This document shows, piece after piece, positions 30,098 through 40,846 of a stretch of 64,000 bases of DNA. The translations under genes were made by a program, and so were the position numbers. Source of the stretch: Myxococcota bacterium (GTDB lineage Bacteria > Myxococcota_A > SURF-8 > G963663525); contig CAXXVK010000072.1 of assembly GCA_963676915.2 (NCBI GenBank), positions 1 to 64,000 of the forward strand, in the 5' to 3' direction. The notes under the pieces are model-generated. The model did not search any database and was not told the DNA's origin. It worked only from the letters and a program-made list of their open reading frames with translations. Numbering within the stretch: position 1 is the stretch's first letter; each line of letters begins with the position of its first letter.

Positions 30098-30892
30098 ATG
30101 GAGCAACGGAAAACCTTCGATGATCTCGTGAAACTTATGGATCGACTGCGTGACCCGGGTGGATGCCCCTGGGATAGAGAGCAGAATCTTGCGACCATCA
30201 AAACCTACTTTCTCGAAGAAGTATACGAAGCGGTGGAAGCCATCGACGAGAACGACGGTCCGGGCGTGATCGAGGAATTGGGAGACGTATTGTTCGAGGT
30301 GGTGTTTTTAGCGCGTCTTGCACGGGAGCAGGGTTGGGGCGACGTGTACGAGGCCGTACATCTTGTTCACGAAAAACTCGTGCGTCGCCATCCCCACGTT
30401 TTCGGTGACGCCGCCGTGGAGAATTCCGGCCAGGTCGTGGATCAATGGCAGAAAATCAAGGGCGAAGAGCGCAAAGAGAAGGGCAAAAAACGAGCTTCGG
30501 TTCTGGATGGCGTACCCCAGGTGCTGCCGCCGCTCTTGCAGGCGCTGCGAATCAGTCAACGGGCCGTGGCCAAGGGGTTTGAGTGGCCGGATCTGGACGG
30601 CGTGATCGAAAAACATACCGAAGAAGTGCGGGAGTTGACCGAAGCCGTGAAAGATGGATTGCCTCGGGAAAAAGCGGAGGAAGAGTTGGGAGACATTCTG
30701 TTTACTCTGGTCAACGTCGCCCGCTGGATGAAACTCGACCCCCACGCCGGTTTGATGCGAAGCATGCGGAAATTCCGCCGTCGGTTCGGCTATATGGAAG
30801 ATCGTCTCGCCGAAAATGACAAAGAAATGGAAGCCTGTACGCTCGATGAGCTGGAAAGCCTCTGGACGAACGCGAAAAAGGAATTAGGATAG
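30098..30892 (+). CDS. mazG: Nucleoside triphosphate pyrophosphohydrolase MazG
   Basis: LRDPGGCPWDREQ, EEVYE, EELGD twice, RRHPHVF. Confidence 0.95.
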   Translation: MEQRKTFDDLVKLMDRLRDPGGCPWDREQNLATIKTYFLEEVYEAVEAIDENDGPGVIEELGDVLFEVVFLARLAREQGWGDVYEAVHLVHEKLVRRHPHVFGDAAVENSGQVVDQWQKIKGEERKEKGKKRASVLDGVPQVLPPLLQALRISQRAVAKGFEWPDLDGVIEKHTEEVRELTEAVKDGLPREKAEEELGDILFTLVNVARWMKLDPHAGLMRSMRKFRRRFGYMEDRLAENDKEMEACTLDELESLWTNAKKELG

Positions 30893-30983
30893 ATTAACAA
30901 CAAATGAATCGCAGCGAAACATTCTTTGAATATCGTTGTGGCACCATTTTAGGAAATATTACGTGGGAAAGGGAACGGCGAGC

Positions 30984-31598
30984 ATGGCCGGTGAAACCGA
31001 GAAACAATCCTGGATCGATGTGGCCGAACTGGTGCAACGACTGGATCATTGGTCGTCTGCATGGCACCTGAAACGCTCGAATCAAAAGCCGGAAGATGAA
31101 CTGTACGGCGAGATTTTCGAATTGCATCGGAAGAATTTTTCCCTCTGGCATCTGGAAGGTCGTTCGCGGAAAAAAGGTCCGAGTGACCGTGAACTGGTGT
31201 TGATGAAAGCAAAGATCAACAATGACAACCAGATGCGCCACCAATGCATCGAACGGATCGATGTGATTTTGACCCGCAAATTGGAAGAAATGGGTGTTTC
31301 CGTTGCTTCCGACGCGGTTTTGCATACCGAGTCGCCGGGACCGATCATCGACCGGCTGTCGGTGCTCAGTTTACGGCGTTTTCACTTGGAACGAATGCTG
31401 GAGCGCACGCCCGAAAATGATTCGGAGCGCGAATTTCTGAAACAGCGGCACGAAACCACTTGCGAATCCGTGCGGTTGTTGCAAGGTGCCTTTGCTACGT
31501 TGTTGGAAGACGTTCTGGCCGGACGCCGGACGTTTTTCATCACCCACGAACTGAAAGTGTATCGATCTTCTGACGTTCCAGAAACTGACCAGCCGTAA
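30984..31598 (+). CDS. DUF4254-like protein
   Basis: NFSLWHLE...NQMR...IERID...TESPG.IIDRLSVL pattern. Confidence 0.75.
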   Translation: MAGETEKQSWIDVAELVQRLDHWSSAWHLKRSNQKPEDELYGEIFELHRKNFSLWHLEGRSRKKGPSDRELVLMKAKINNDNQMRHQCIERIDVILTRKLEEMGVSVASDAVLHTESPGPIIDRLSVLSLRRFHLERMLERTPENDSEREFLKQRHETTCESVRLLQGAFATLLEDVLAGRRTFFITHELKVYRSSDVPETDQP

Positions 31599-31698
31599 AT
31601 GCTTGTTTGTACATCATAAAATCCTGATATCCGACATGGCGTAGCGCTTGTCCTTCGGTATCCTGTAAGAAAGCATCGAAGGATCACGAGGTGGTGTC

Positions 31699-32835
31699 AT
31701 GCGCAAAACGTACCGGATTTTCAGCTCTTTTTTCGTTTTCGTTCTTCTGTTCACTGTTTGGTCCTGCCAGGACAGCGAAGACGAAAACCAGCAACAGACT
31801 CCCGCAGACGGAGAAGAATCGACGTCCGGTAGCGCCGACGAAGACAAAGATACGTCCTCCGAAGACCTGCAAGAAGATGAGCCCGAGGAAGATCCTTTTG
31901 TGATTCCGGCGGATTTGGGTTCCCCTCCTTCCGGGACGGCGCGCATCCGAAACGCTTCGTTGCTTGCCAATACGAAACCTACGGCGAACGACGCCTTGCG
32001 CGAGGTTCCTGACACTGTATCGGTGACGTTTACCGAACCCGCCTTGGAAGGTTCCGCAATACGGATTTTTCAGAACAAACAGGCCGTGGAACAAGAAGAA
32101 GCGGTGTTCGATGGGGGAGGAACGCGCATGACGGTGGCCTTCGAGCCGCTGTCGGAATTCGGCGTATTCGACGTGCTGTACAAAATCGTTCACGAAGGCG
32201 GTGAAGAGTCGGGCTATTTCATGTTTTACGTTGAACGTCGGGAATTCGAGGGCGAACGGCTCGATTCCGTGCTGGATTTTCGGGAAAACTCGATCAAAGG
32301 ACCGCAGTACGTGGATCTCGAAGGCTTTCGACTGCGGATCGAGGGGCTGGTGGATACGCCACTGGAACTAAGCTACGAAGAGGTTCTGCAAAAAAGCATG
32401 TCGCGTCGGGCGGTTACGCTGAACTGTGTCGAAGGCTGGTCGGCGCACGTCCTGTGGGAAGGCATTCCCCTTATGGATCTTCTCAATGAGGCGGGCATTC
32501 AAGCGGATGCCGTCACGGTGATTTTCCAGTCCTACGACGACTATACGACCTCTGTATCGTTAAACTATCTTGAGGAACAAGACCTGATGTTGGCCTATGC
32601 CATGAACGACGTTTCGCTCCCTGCCATGCGCGGATTTCCTTTCCATGTGGTCGCCGAAGATAAATGGGGCTACAAGTGGGGCAAATGGGTGTATCGGATT
32701 ATTCTCTCCGACGATTCCGATTACCGTGGGTTCTGGGAATCCTACGGTTACAACCAGAACGGCGACCACGACGGCCCGATTTTCGACAAGCGCAAGCGGG
32801 CGAATGTTATTCCTTATTGCGGTCATTTCGAATAG
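31699..32835 (+). CDS. Lipoprotein: CopC-like domain fused to a sulfite-oxidase-family molybdopterin domain
   Basis: VWSC lipobox; LRIEGLVD, LNCVEGWS, YAMND...GFP, KWGYKWGKWV, GFWESYGY. Confidence 0.8.
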   Translation: MRKTYRIFSSFFVFVLLFTVWSCQDSEDENQQQTPADGEESTSGSADEDKDTSSEDLQEDEPEEDPFVIPADLGSPPSGTARIRNASLLANTKPTANDALREVPDTVSVTFTEPALEGSAIRIFQNKQAVEQEEAVFDGGGTRMTVAFEPLSEFGVFDVLYKIVHEGGEESGYFMFYVERREFEGERLDSVLDFRENSIKGPQYVDLEGFRLRIEGLVDTPLELSYEEVLQKSMSRRAVTLNCVEGWSAHVLWEGIPLMDLLNEAGIQADAVTVIFQSYDDYTTSVSLNYLEEQDLMLAYAMNDVSLPAMRGFPFHVVAEDKWGYKWGKWVYRIILSDDSDYRGFWESYGYNQNGDHDGPIFDKRKRANVIPYCGHFE

Positions 32836-33085
32836 GGTTTCGCGTGTGACCAAATCTCTTCCATACATCTAAACGATTCAGGAATTCATCAAGCCGTCGG
32901 GTAAATTTCTTGCATGACCTCAACCCGCCTTGGTTGCACTAATATCCATAAAGTCACTTGACATGATAGATTTCATATTTACTGTAAGAATGTAGATAGT
33001 AAAACAAAATTAGGCAATAAAAACTATCTGGTTCCATTGAAATCTCATGGTTGGCACCAAGCGCCATTTCCCGATGGGGGACATC

Positions 33086-36007
33086 ATGTCGCAAAACAAC
33101 ACCAAATCACAAAAAAACGCTTCACCGCCCCCCGTTTCTCCTGGAAACAGGGTCGTGGCCATCGATGTGCAATCACCTGAAGGTGAATTGCTGGAACTGT
33201 ACTGCTACGAGCGGGACGACTGGCTTGCTACCTACAAGCCTCGCATCGAGGAAATGCAATATGCCGTCGTTGGAATGTCTTTCGAGGACACTCCGGGAGG
33301 GCGAGAGCATTTGCGGGAACGTTTTAGTGAATCCTCCATGGCGGCTTTTAATGCTTCTCAGGTTTCAAAGGAAGATGAGAAAGAGGATGACGAAAACGTT
33401 GTCTTGGAACTTCAAGAAGTCCCCGAAAAAACCGAGGAGATTGAAGAGGTTGCAGCGTATTCATCCGCATCCCAAGCGCGCTATGAAAAGCAAACGGAGG
33501 TAAAGGAGGCACCGAAACGGCAGGCTTCCGAAAACCGAGCTTCAAATTCCGTTTCCGACACCGGAAAGAGTCGAAAACAACCGGTCAGTGCTCCTACCAA
33601 GTCTCTTAAAGCTACGAAACCTCTGCAGGTTGTTCAAAAAACTACAGAAACGGATACGGTGCATCCGGTCTGGCAAAATCCGGCAGATGAGCGGACCCGT
33701 GAGGTGACGCAGGTGATTCGTCGAATCAACGAAGCCGGCAACAAAGGATTTGCAGCGAAAATGCCCTTGCCGTTACGGCTTTTTACGTCGTTCTGGATCT
33801 CTCCGAAATCCTTTGCCCGAGAGGTTCAAGCCCGTCTCGGCGTGGGGAAAAAGTGGGAGATTTCGTTGCTTTTTCTGTTGGCATTGGCTGGAATTCCCCT
33901 GATGCTCGGCGGTGTGGCGTTTAATCCTGAGCTGTTCGTTTACCTTCAGATATCTCCATTAACGGCAAGTCTTCCCGTTTCGGACTTCTTGCATTGGTCG
34001 ATGGCTCACCCTTGGCCTGTGATTGTCGATCAGGTTGTGACGATTCTGGCTCTGAGCGTCGTTTTCCACATTCTTCTAAGTGTGTTGGGGAACACGACTC
34101 CTGCTCTGGTAACGTTTTTACTCGTCGGTCTTGCCAGATCCATGTATCTCGTCACTGTGGTCGGGTTGGCCTGGTTTGTCGATTCGTATTCCTTGGGATT
34201 TCAACTGGTTGTCATCCTTACATTGGGAATGCTCGGTCTGTGGAAATTGGCGCGAGCCTTTGTAAACGGTCTGGATGTGCAGATCAACAAACTGTTCGTG
34301 TCGGTTTTCGTTTTTGCTCTTGTCGTGGCGGCTAGCGTTCCTATGGCGACAACGAGCCTCCCTTGGCAGCAGTTGAAGGAAAGTCTTTTCCGCAACAGCG
34401 GTTTACAGGGCAATCTCGACATGGTGAAAACGCTGATTCAAGCTTCGCGAAATACCGAAAACCGCCAACGTCTCGAAACGGCGCTTGTGTCGCAGCGAGA
34501 TAGTATTACGGATCTCGGTCTCGAAAACTACCTGCCCCTCAACCTGAATGCAGAGCACATCGGCGAATTGTTGGATGCCTACGATTCCGAAACAGCGAAA
34601 GCCAGGCAAAAGGAACTGCAAGAAATGCTGGGGTATGTGGAAGGCTTGACGGACGACCGTTCTCCCGAAGGCTGGCAGGCGGATCTCCCGGTAGAGGAAG
34701 GCACGAATAAGTTGCTGGCACTGCTCGAAGAGCGACATCCCGAGTTGAAAAAAGACTATGAAACCTTGATGGCTTCTTCCCAGGGTATGCAAAAGCGACA
34801 AGCTAAAAATGCATTGGTCGAAAAGATTTTGGCCCTCGATGACCTGCAAGGATTCCGACCGGCGACCATGAAAGTCATTGGCGTGATCGTGATGGGGAAC
34901 AATATAGATGCAGGTCAAAAAGGAGCATTTCAGTTTAGTTTGTGCAAAACCGTGTCCGATCGGGGGACCAGGAACGTCGGCACGCCTTCGAAAGTTTTGT
35001 GGAATTTCGACTACCGATACGAGGGATTTATTGCGGATCGGGAGGCGGGGTTGTCTGAAAGTGTCGAGCATCGCTGGACGGTTCCGGGCAAATATATCGT
35101 TGCAGCGAGAATCATTACGGATTCCGGTGCGTTAAGTCAGATTGTCACCCAAAACGTCGTTGTGAAGCCGGTCTTGAAACTTCAAACGGAACGTCTGGTT
35201 GTGTTTTCGTTGGATGATCAACCCTTGGAGATGCAATGGTCGTTCGTTCAGCAGAAAGGTAACCCGGACGAGTACACGCTTGAAATCGATAAGAATTTCC
35301 GAAAATTCTTCACGACGGATCTTTCAGTCTCCAATCAGTTGACGGCGAATATCGCACCGGAAAAGGAAGGCGTTTTCACGGTAGCGGCTCGTGTTCGATT
35401 GCCGGATGGAAAAGTGGGAGATGTCGAGCGAATCACGTTGGTTTCAGGTGTTGAATCCGTCAAACGCTGGATCGAGCGACAGGGACCGTTTACAGCGGGA
35501 CAGCCTGCCACGATCTATCCGCTGGTGGATGCGAACACCGACTTCGTGGATTGGGATCTGGACTATCGAAACGGAATTTTCACGAAAAACGAGCAGACGA
35601 TGGCCCAGGAAGCCCTGACCCACGTTTTTCGTTATCCTGGAACCTATTCTCTGGCAACACGCACAGGTGGGTCTCCCGACGTGCATTCGTTCTCGATTCG
35701 AGTAAAAGAAGCGGAACCGGAAGTCAGTATTCGCGAGTGGTCGCTCGGGCGGAACGATCCAAGCAAGAAAATTGCTCTGACTGCCGAATGCAGCGGTTCG
35801 AAGAAGCGAGGGGATTTCTCGCTCCAATGGGATACATCGTATGATGGTAGAACGTTTCAGGGAGAGAAGCAGTGGACCAGTAAGGAGCCTTTGACGGTCG
35901 AAAGACCGGATCGGGGTGAAAAACTGATAGCCGCTCGCTGTGTCGATTCCGATGGCGTGGAAGGTCCGCTGAACCTGTATCGTGTGGCGGCATGCCCGAT
36001 GTTCTGA
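33086..36007 (+). CDS. Large membrane protein: Yip1-like TM bundle plus PKD-like extracellular repeats
   Basis: About 5-6 hydrophobic segments; WNFDY/WDLDY/WDTSY and PGKY/PGTY motifs; start uncertain. Confidence 0.6.
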   Translation: MSQNNTKSQKNASPPPVSPGNRVVAIDVQSPEGELLELYCYERDDWLATYKPRIEEMQYAVVGMSFEDTPGGREHLRERFSESSMAAFNASQVSKEDEKEDDENVVLELQEVPEKTEEIEEVAAYSSASQARYEKQTEVKEAPKRQASENRASNSVSDTGKSRKQPVSAPTKSLKATKPLQVVQKTTETDTVHPVWQNPADERTREVTQVIRRINEAGNKGFAAKMPLPLRLFTSFWISPKSFAREVQARLGVGKKWEISLLFLLALAGIPLMLGGVAFNPELFVYLQISPLTASLPVSDFLHWSMAHPWPVIVDQVVTILALSVVFHILLSVLGNTTPALVTFLLVGLARSMYLVTVVGLAWFVDSYSLGFQLVVILTLGMLGLWKLARAFVNGLDVQINKLFVSVFVFALVVAASVPMATTSLPWQQLKESLFRNSGLQGNLDMVKTLIQASRNTENRQRLETALVSQRDSITDLGLENYLPLNLNAEHIGELLDAYDSETAKARQKELQEMLGYVEGLTDDRSPEGWQADLPVEEGTNKLLALLEERHPELKKDYETLMASSQGMQKRQAKNALVEKILALDDLQGFRPATMKVIGVIVMGNNIDAGQKGAFQFSLCKTVSDRGTRNVGTPSKVLWNFDYRYEGFIADREAGLSESVEHRWTVPGKYIVAARIITDSGALSQIVTQNVVVKPVLKLQTERLVVFSLDDQPLEMQWSFVQQKGNPDEYTLEIDKNFRKFFTTDLSVSNQLTANIAPEKEGVFTVAARVRLPDGKVGDVERITLVSGVESVKRWIERQGPFTAGQPATIYPLVDANTDFVDWDLDYRNGIFTKNEQTMAQEALTHVFRYPGTYSLATRTGGSPDVHSFSIRVKEAEPEVSIREWSLGRNDPSKKIALTAECSGSKKRGDFSLQWDTSYDGRTFQGEKQWTSKEPLTVERPDRGEKLIAARCVDSDGVEGPLNLYRVAACPMF

Positions 36008-36020
36008 GGTTCTATACGGC

Positions 36021-38787
36021 TCAACTTTCGGTCAGATCCAGTATGTCCCGGATGGTTTTGGCAAGTTTGATCGGTGTAAAAGGTTTGTTGATGAAGTTTA
36101 CGCCTTCGTCGAGAACACCGTGATTGGAGATGATATTCTCCGAGTATCCCGAGTTGAACAGCACTTTGATATCAGGACGTAGTAAAAGAACTTTCTGCGC
36201 CAGTTCCTGGCCGGTCATGCCCGGCATGATCACATCCGTAAGCAGCAAGTCGATCGGATCGCCGAACGAACGGATAGCCTCAAGCGCCGAGGGACCGTCT
36301 TCGTAAGCTTTTACGTTATAACCGATTCGTTTAAGGATTTGAAACGTCACGTCTCTCACGATCTGCTCATCCTCAACGAGAAAAATCGTCTCGTTTCCTC
36401 CCGGAAGCTGCTGACGTTCGAGTTTTCTGGGCTTTTTCTGTTGTTCGCCGGAAGAAATCCTTGGGAAATAAAGCTTGAACTGAGTGCCTTCATCGATTTT
36501 CGAGGAAACGAGGATCGAACCGTGGTTTTGTCGGACGGCTCCGAAAACGATCGACAAGCCAAGACCGGTGCCTTCTCCCTTCTTTTTCGTTGTGAAGAAC
36601 GGTTCGAAGATCTGCGTTAATGCTTTTTCGGGAATTCCGGTTCCTGTATCTTGAACGAGCAACATCACGTAAGATCCCGGTTTTAAATCGATTTTCTGCT
36701 CGCAAAACGCCTCGTCCAACTCTACGTTCGAAGTTTCAATGGTGATGCTTCCCCCTAAAGGCATGGCATCGCGGGCATTGACGACGAGATTCATGACGAT
36801 CTGCTCGATCTGGGATGTATCGGCTTTGATATCGCCCAGACTTTCCGATGGCAGGAACTCGACGGTGACATCCTCCCGCACCATCGGCTTGATCATCGCA
36901 AGCATGTTTCTCAAAAGGTCGTTGAGGTTGAAGACTTTCGGTTTGTTCGCCTGTTTGCTAGTGAACATCAAGAGTTGGCGGACCAGCTTCGTAGCGCTTT
37001 GGGTTTCGTATTGGATGTCTTTCAGGAGGTCCAGTAGAGACGGATCGATATCGTTATCCATCAGAGCCAGTTCTACGTTGCCTGAAATGCCTGTCAAAAG
37101 ATTGTTGAAATCGTGAGCCACACCTCCCGCAAGCCGGCCAATGGATTCCATTTTCTGGGATTGGAAAAGCTGCTCTTCGAGCTTGGCTTTTTCTTCGAGA
37201 GATTTTTTTCTTTCGGTAATGTCCCGAACGGCAGCCAACACGACTTTTGTTTTCCCTGTGTCGTCCAATTCCGGGACCATTCGCACATCGAACCATCGTC
37301 CGTCCGGGGCTTGGTATTCGAGGGAATAATGCTCTCCCATCGCGAAAACGGTCTCGATGGCACGGTCCCATTGGTCGATGACGTGTTCGGGAAATCCTAA
37401 TTCACGCTGGCTTTTTCCAATAAACGCTTCGATATCCCAATAACTTTGGTTCGCTCCCGCCGGGTTGATGAAAAGGTGTCTATGTGCCCGAATCGAATCG
37501 GATAATGACATCCGGCGAATGGTCAACCAAGGCTCGGTAGGATTCTTCTCTTTCTTTGAGAGCTACAATGGCACGTTTCGCCTCGGAAATGTCTTCGAAA
37601 AGTGTGGCGAACGATCCTTTGGACGGGCAAATGGCCCTGATTCTGAAGTATTTATCCAGAGGTGGAAAATAGATCTCGAATTGTTTGGGCTCTCCTGTTG
37701 TGGCAACGGTTCGATACTCGTCGAAAAAAGGAGGTGGGTTCGTTTGATATAAAACGGTCGCTTTCTCACCAACCGCCTGTTTTCTGGAAATTCCCAGAAT
37801 CCTTTCGAAAGCCGGGTTTACATCGATGATACGATAGTCCACCGCTTCACCCGTTTCGCTGTAAATAAGGTCGTGCAGCGCCATTCCTTCGTTCATGTTT
37901 TCAAAAAGTTGCCGGTACTTTCTCTGAGTTACGGATAAATTGTCGAAGGATCGGTGCTTGGTAATCAGCAAGCCGGTCTGACAGGTAATGGTTTCCAAGG
38001 CACATCGCGCCGAAGGGGCAATGGTTAGACGTTCGTGCGATGCAACGTGAATGGAGCCGAAAACCTGGCCGTCGCAGACGATTGGTATGACAGCGAGACT
38101 TTGCAAGCCTTCGTTTTCAAAATCTGTTGTAACGGCTTCCTGTAGTTGATTGCTCTCGTAATAAATGGGGGTTTCTTTCAGGATCATCCCGATTCGCTCG
38201 TGGCCTTTATCGTAATATTTTACCGATTCTACAAAGTGATCCGATAACCCTTTGGAATATTTCAAATCGGCACAGCCCGTTTCAGGATCGATCAGGTACA
38301 AACCGCCGCAATCCATGGAAGAAACTTCGATGGCACGGTTCAGACAGAGGTGAAGAATGTCATCGATTCCATTGGCCCGCGACAATTCGGTGAAAAAGGA
38401 TCGTTTGATTTCAAGGATGCGTTCGGCCTGCTTGTGTTCGGTGATGTCTTGACCGATTCCGAGAATGCCGGAAAAACCGTCGATTTCAAACCCGGCTGGT
38501 TGCAATTTCCAGGAAACCAGAATGTTTTCGCGGTTTCCTGTTCGGCTGGAGATGTCCCCTCGCCATTGGGAGGTTTGATCCCAGTGTTCTCGAATAGAAG
38601 GTAGAATGTCGCTGTTGGAGAAGAACCCGAACGATTGGTTTTCCACTTCGTTCCGAGGGATGCTATATAGCTTTTCCGCCGTTTTGTTCCAGAAAACGAT
38701 CCGAAACGATTCGTCGAGCAATGCGACGGCATCGGGTAGCGAATCGAGCAAAGAGAAAACGGCACGGCTGCCCCAAAAAACAGACAT
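36021..38787 (-). CDS. PAS/GAF hybrid sensor histidine kinase with receiver (apparent frameshift at 37487-37489)
   Basis: PAS-GAF-PAS-PAS, AHDFNN H-box, DTGTG/FFTTK/GTGLGL, LLTDVIMP; two ORFs join as IRFDS-AHRHLF if one base is removed. Confidence 0.88.
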
Positions 38788-39120
38788 ATATGCCTCTATT
38801 GATTCGTGTACTCTTTCACCTAACATACAAGTATAAAGAAAAATAATATCTTGTCCATGATATATTCGCCTGAATTTAGTCATTGAAAATACTCTTATGG
38901 GTTTAAATAAGGACTGTTGCTATGTTTGTTATCTGGCGATATTTAGATATTGGTCGAACTTATGATCTGTATTTATATAAATTGTGAAAAAATCAAGAAG
39001 TTGCAACTTGTTCAGATGATTTTTCATGTCTGTTCGTCGTTGACAGGGAATGTCGAACGCGGTACAAGCTCTGGCTCATGGAGGCGTTTTTTCGAAACAT
39101 TTTTCGTTAAAGGCACGATA

Positions 39121-39801
39121 ATGGGACTCTTCAACAAAACTTCCGACACTTCTCGTCCGCGAATTTTTCAAATCGGTTTCAATCGTTGCGGCACCAAGTC
39201 CTTTACGCATTTTTTCGAACAAAACGGACTGAAAGCGGTGCATTGGAGAGGCGGTGCCTTGGCAGCAGGAATCGAAGTGGCGCGTCGTGAAGGCAAACCG
39301 TTGCTGACGTACATGGACGACTACGACGTGTATTTGGATATGGAAAAAATCAATGTAGCCGCGTTGGCGCAAAAATGGCTGAAAAAGCCGATTTTTTACC
39401 GCTTGCTGCATTTGTTGAAAGACGAAAGCGAACGGGTTCCGATTTATGCCGCTCGGTATTTCAAGGAGTTGGACGCACAATATCCCGGCAGCAAATTCAT
39501 TCTCAACACGCGTGACGTGGACCGCTGGGCGGCCAGCCGTCTTCGTTTCAACGACCAAAAATATCGTTCCTGCCGCCATGGCGATCGTGTACATGCCACG
39601 GAAGAAGAACTGGTCGCCTGTTGGAAAGAGGAATGGGCCGAACATCACGCCGAGGTTCTGGACTATTTCAAGGATCGTCCCAAGGATCTGCTCGTTTTCA
39701 ACATCGAAAAGGATACGGTTGATAAAATCATCGCGTTTTTCGAGGAAAGAAATTTCGATCCACAGCACTGGGGGCGCTTGAATCAAACAGCTCCGAAATA
39801 A
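39121..39801 (+). CDS. Sulfotransferase-family protein
   Basis: IGFNRCGTKS PSB loop; YPGSKFILNTRDVDRWAAS. Confidence 0.8.
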   Translation: MGLFNKTSDTSRPRIFQIGFNRCGTKSFTHFFEQNGLKAVHWRGGALAAGIEVARREGKPLLTYMDDYDVYLDMEKINVAALAQKWLKKPIFYRLLHLLKDESERVPIYAARYFKELDAQYPGSKFILNTRDVDRWAASRLRFNDQKYRSCRHGDRVHATEEELVACWKEEWAEHHAEVLDYFKDRPKDLLVFNIEKDTVDKIIAFFEERNFDPQHWGRLNQTAPK

Positions 39802-39865
39802 GCAAACAATGCGATTTTGTTGATATTGTTACATATTTGTCATGGTTTGTTCGTATTTGGAACGA

Positions 39866-40720
39866 TCAGACCATGGTGTCCACGTACATGCTGATATCCA
39901 CCCAGTCGGCCCCGTGGGTGAGGTTTCCAACCGACAGGAAATCTACGCCGGTTTCCGCATAATCCTTGATGGTTTCCAGCGTGATACCGCCGGATGCCTC
40001 GGTGAATACGGTAGCGGGGATGACCTCTAGCGCCTGCTTGATCTGTTCGGGAGTCATGTTGTCCAGCAACAGACCTTCGGCCCCGGCCTGGATCGCCTCC
40101 TCGACTTCTTCCAAGTTGGTGACTTCGACCTCGATCCGTACCAGGTGATGAATTCCTGCACGAACCCGACGCACAGCCATGGTGATTCCTCCGGCGGCTC
40201 GGATGTGGTTTTCTTTCAACAACACGCCATCGAACAGTCCGTGCCGGTGATTTCCCCCTCCACCGATGAACACGGCGTATTTTTCCAGGCTGCGCCATCC
40301 GGGATTGGTTTTACGGGTATCGATCAGCCTTGTTTGGGTATGCACGATCCGAGAAGTATACGAGCGCACGTGCGTAGCGATGCCGGAGAGTCTTTGAAGA
40401 AAATTCAATGTCAAGCGCTCGCCGGTCAGCAGAGTCCGTGCCCTGCCTTTGAGACGAACCAGGGTTGTTCCCGCCGCGCAGGGCTGACCTTCTTTCATCA
40501 GAAACAGCAGTTCGACATCTCCGGGGCTGCCGACTTCATTGAAACAAGCCTGGATCAAGGGACCACCACAAAAGACGAGATCCTGTTTGGCGATGATTCG
40601 CGCCGTTGCCGTAGAATCCGCCGACACGCTACCCAGGGTTGTGATGTCGGCATAGCCAACGTCCTCTTCAATCGCCAGTTTCAACAGGTTGTGAAAAGCC
40701 AACATGGAAAGTTCCATCAT
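39866..40720 (-). CDS. nadC: Quinolinate phosphoribosyltransferase
   Basis: GERLTLN, DTRKT, HRHGL, KENH, EVEV, LLDN, EASGGI. Confidence 0.95.
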   Translation of the reverse strand: MMELSMLAFHNLLKLAIEEDVGYADITTLGSVSADSTATARIIAKQDLVFCGGPLIQACFNEVGSPGDVELLFLMKEGQPCAAGTTLVRLKGRARTLLTGERLTLNFLQRLSGIATHVRSYTSRIVHTQTRLIDTRKTNPGWRSLEKYAVFIGGGGNHRHGLFDGVLLKENHIRAAGGITMAVRRVRAGIHHLVRIEVEVTNLEEVEEAIQAGAEGLLLDNMTPEQIKQALEVIPATVFTEASGGITLETIKDYAETGVDFLSVGNLTHGADWVDISMYVDTMV

Positions 40721-40846
40721 TCGTTCCTTGTGTCGTTCGACCGGTGGTGAACCTCCGGCAATGTCCCCTATTTCAAGTAGTTACGATACGAATTCGAACG
40801 GCTCCCTACAGGAGTGCAGACTATTTTAGCAGGAATCTGGTTAAAA

